From the NCBI GenBank assembly GCA_001662655.1, contig KV460208.1: a stretch of DNA of 64,000 bases; one strand, 5' to 3'. The DNA is from Pseudogymnoascus verrucosus (lineage: Eukaryota). The translations under genes and the position numbers were made by a program. The notes beneath the pieces were generated by a model that worked only from the letters and a program-made list of their open reading frames with translations, had not been told where the DNA came from and made no database searches. Every line of letters starts with the position of its first letter. The first letter of the stretch is position 1. Positions 63,644 to 64,000 of the stretch are shown in pieces.

Positions 63644-64000
63644 GGAGGGGGATAGATGATAGAGTTGGGGGGTAAGCGGTTCATAGCGACAAAATTATAT
63701 ATCTTTCTCATGATGACGAATGGTATGTCTGCAGAGATACGTGGGAAATGATAGGAGTCAAAGTTGTATGCATGTGAATTCCATGGATTATCAAATACAT
63801 CAGTCGCTCAATGCTCCTAAACAACGCCCCTGATAGAACACGATCCAGAACACCATTCAAGCCAACCCCATTACACCCTGCTCGATTGATCTTCTCAAGC
63901 CATCTCAACACCCTACCCGTCCAACTCCTCAATCGCACGCTTAACACCAAACTCAATCAACTCTCCTCACTCGTCCCCACACCTCATCGGCATCCCTCTT

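Noticed and set aside
63950..64000. Possible last codons of a minus-strand gene at the window edge (KRDADEVWGRVRRVD*)
   Set aside because: Too short to support a call.

Overview
Eukaryotic, intron-containing DNA from a filamentous ascomycete. The proteins look Pezizomycotina/Leotiomycete-like; Pseudogymnoascus is a guess, not established. Most of the window is housekeeping genes: ATG1, a calpain, RPL5, malic enzyme, an amino-acid permease, UBR7/MCM2, ARF6, RIB1, PMI40, dynactin p25, a DCG1-like racemase, ARP2 and one intron-containing tRNA-Thr(CGT). Two accessory zones stand out. The first (~13.4-29 kb) holds a 5'-truncated methyltransferase, an intact dispersed 5S rRNA gene, two secreted repeat proteins, a short tandem array, a PTH11-like receptor::FucP-type MFS fusion gene between RIP-like AT-rich flanks, a GATase-like gene and a decayed 69-nt repeat ORF. 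It also holds two RIP-mutated halves of 5S rRNA in permuted order that break at the same internal site with a ~10-nt overlap. The second zone is a NACHT-ankyrin NLR-like gene between MCM2 and ARF6. The split 5S halves are the strongest unexplained signal and suggest a relic of a 5S-targeting mobile element (Starship-like), although no recombinase gene is visible here. Exon boundaries were read by eye and were not confirmed with transcripts.
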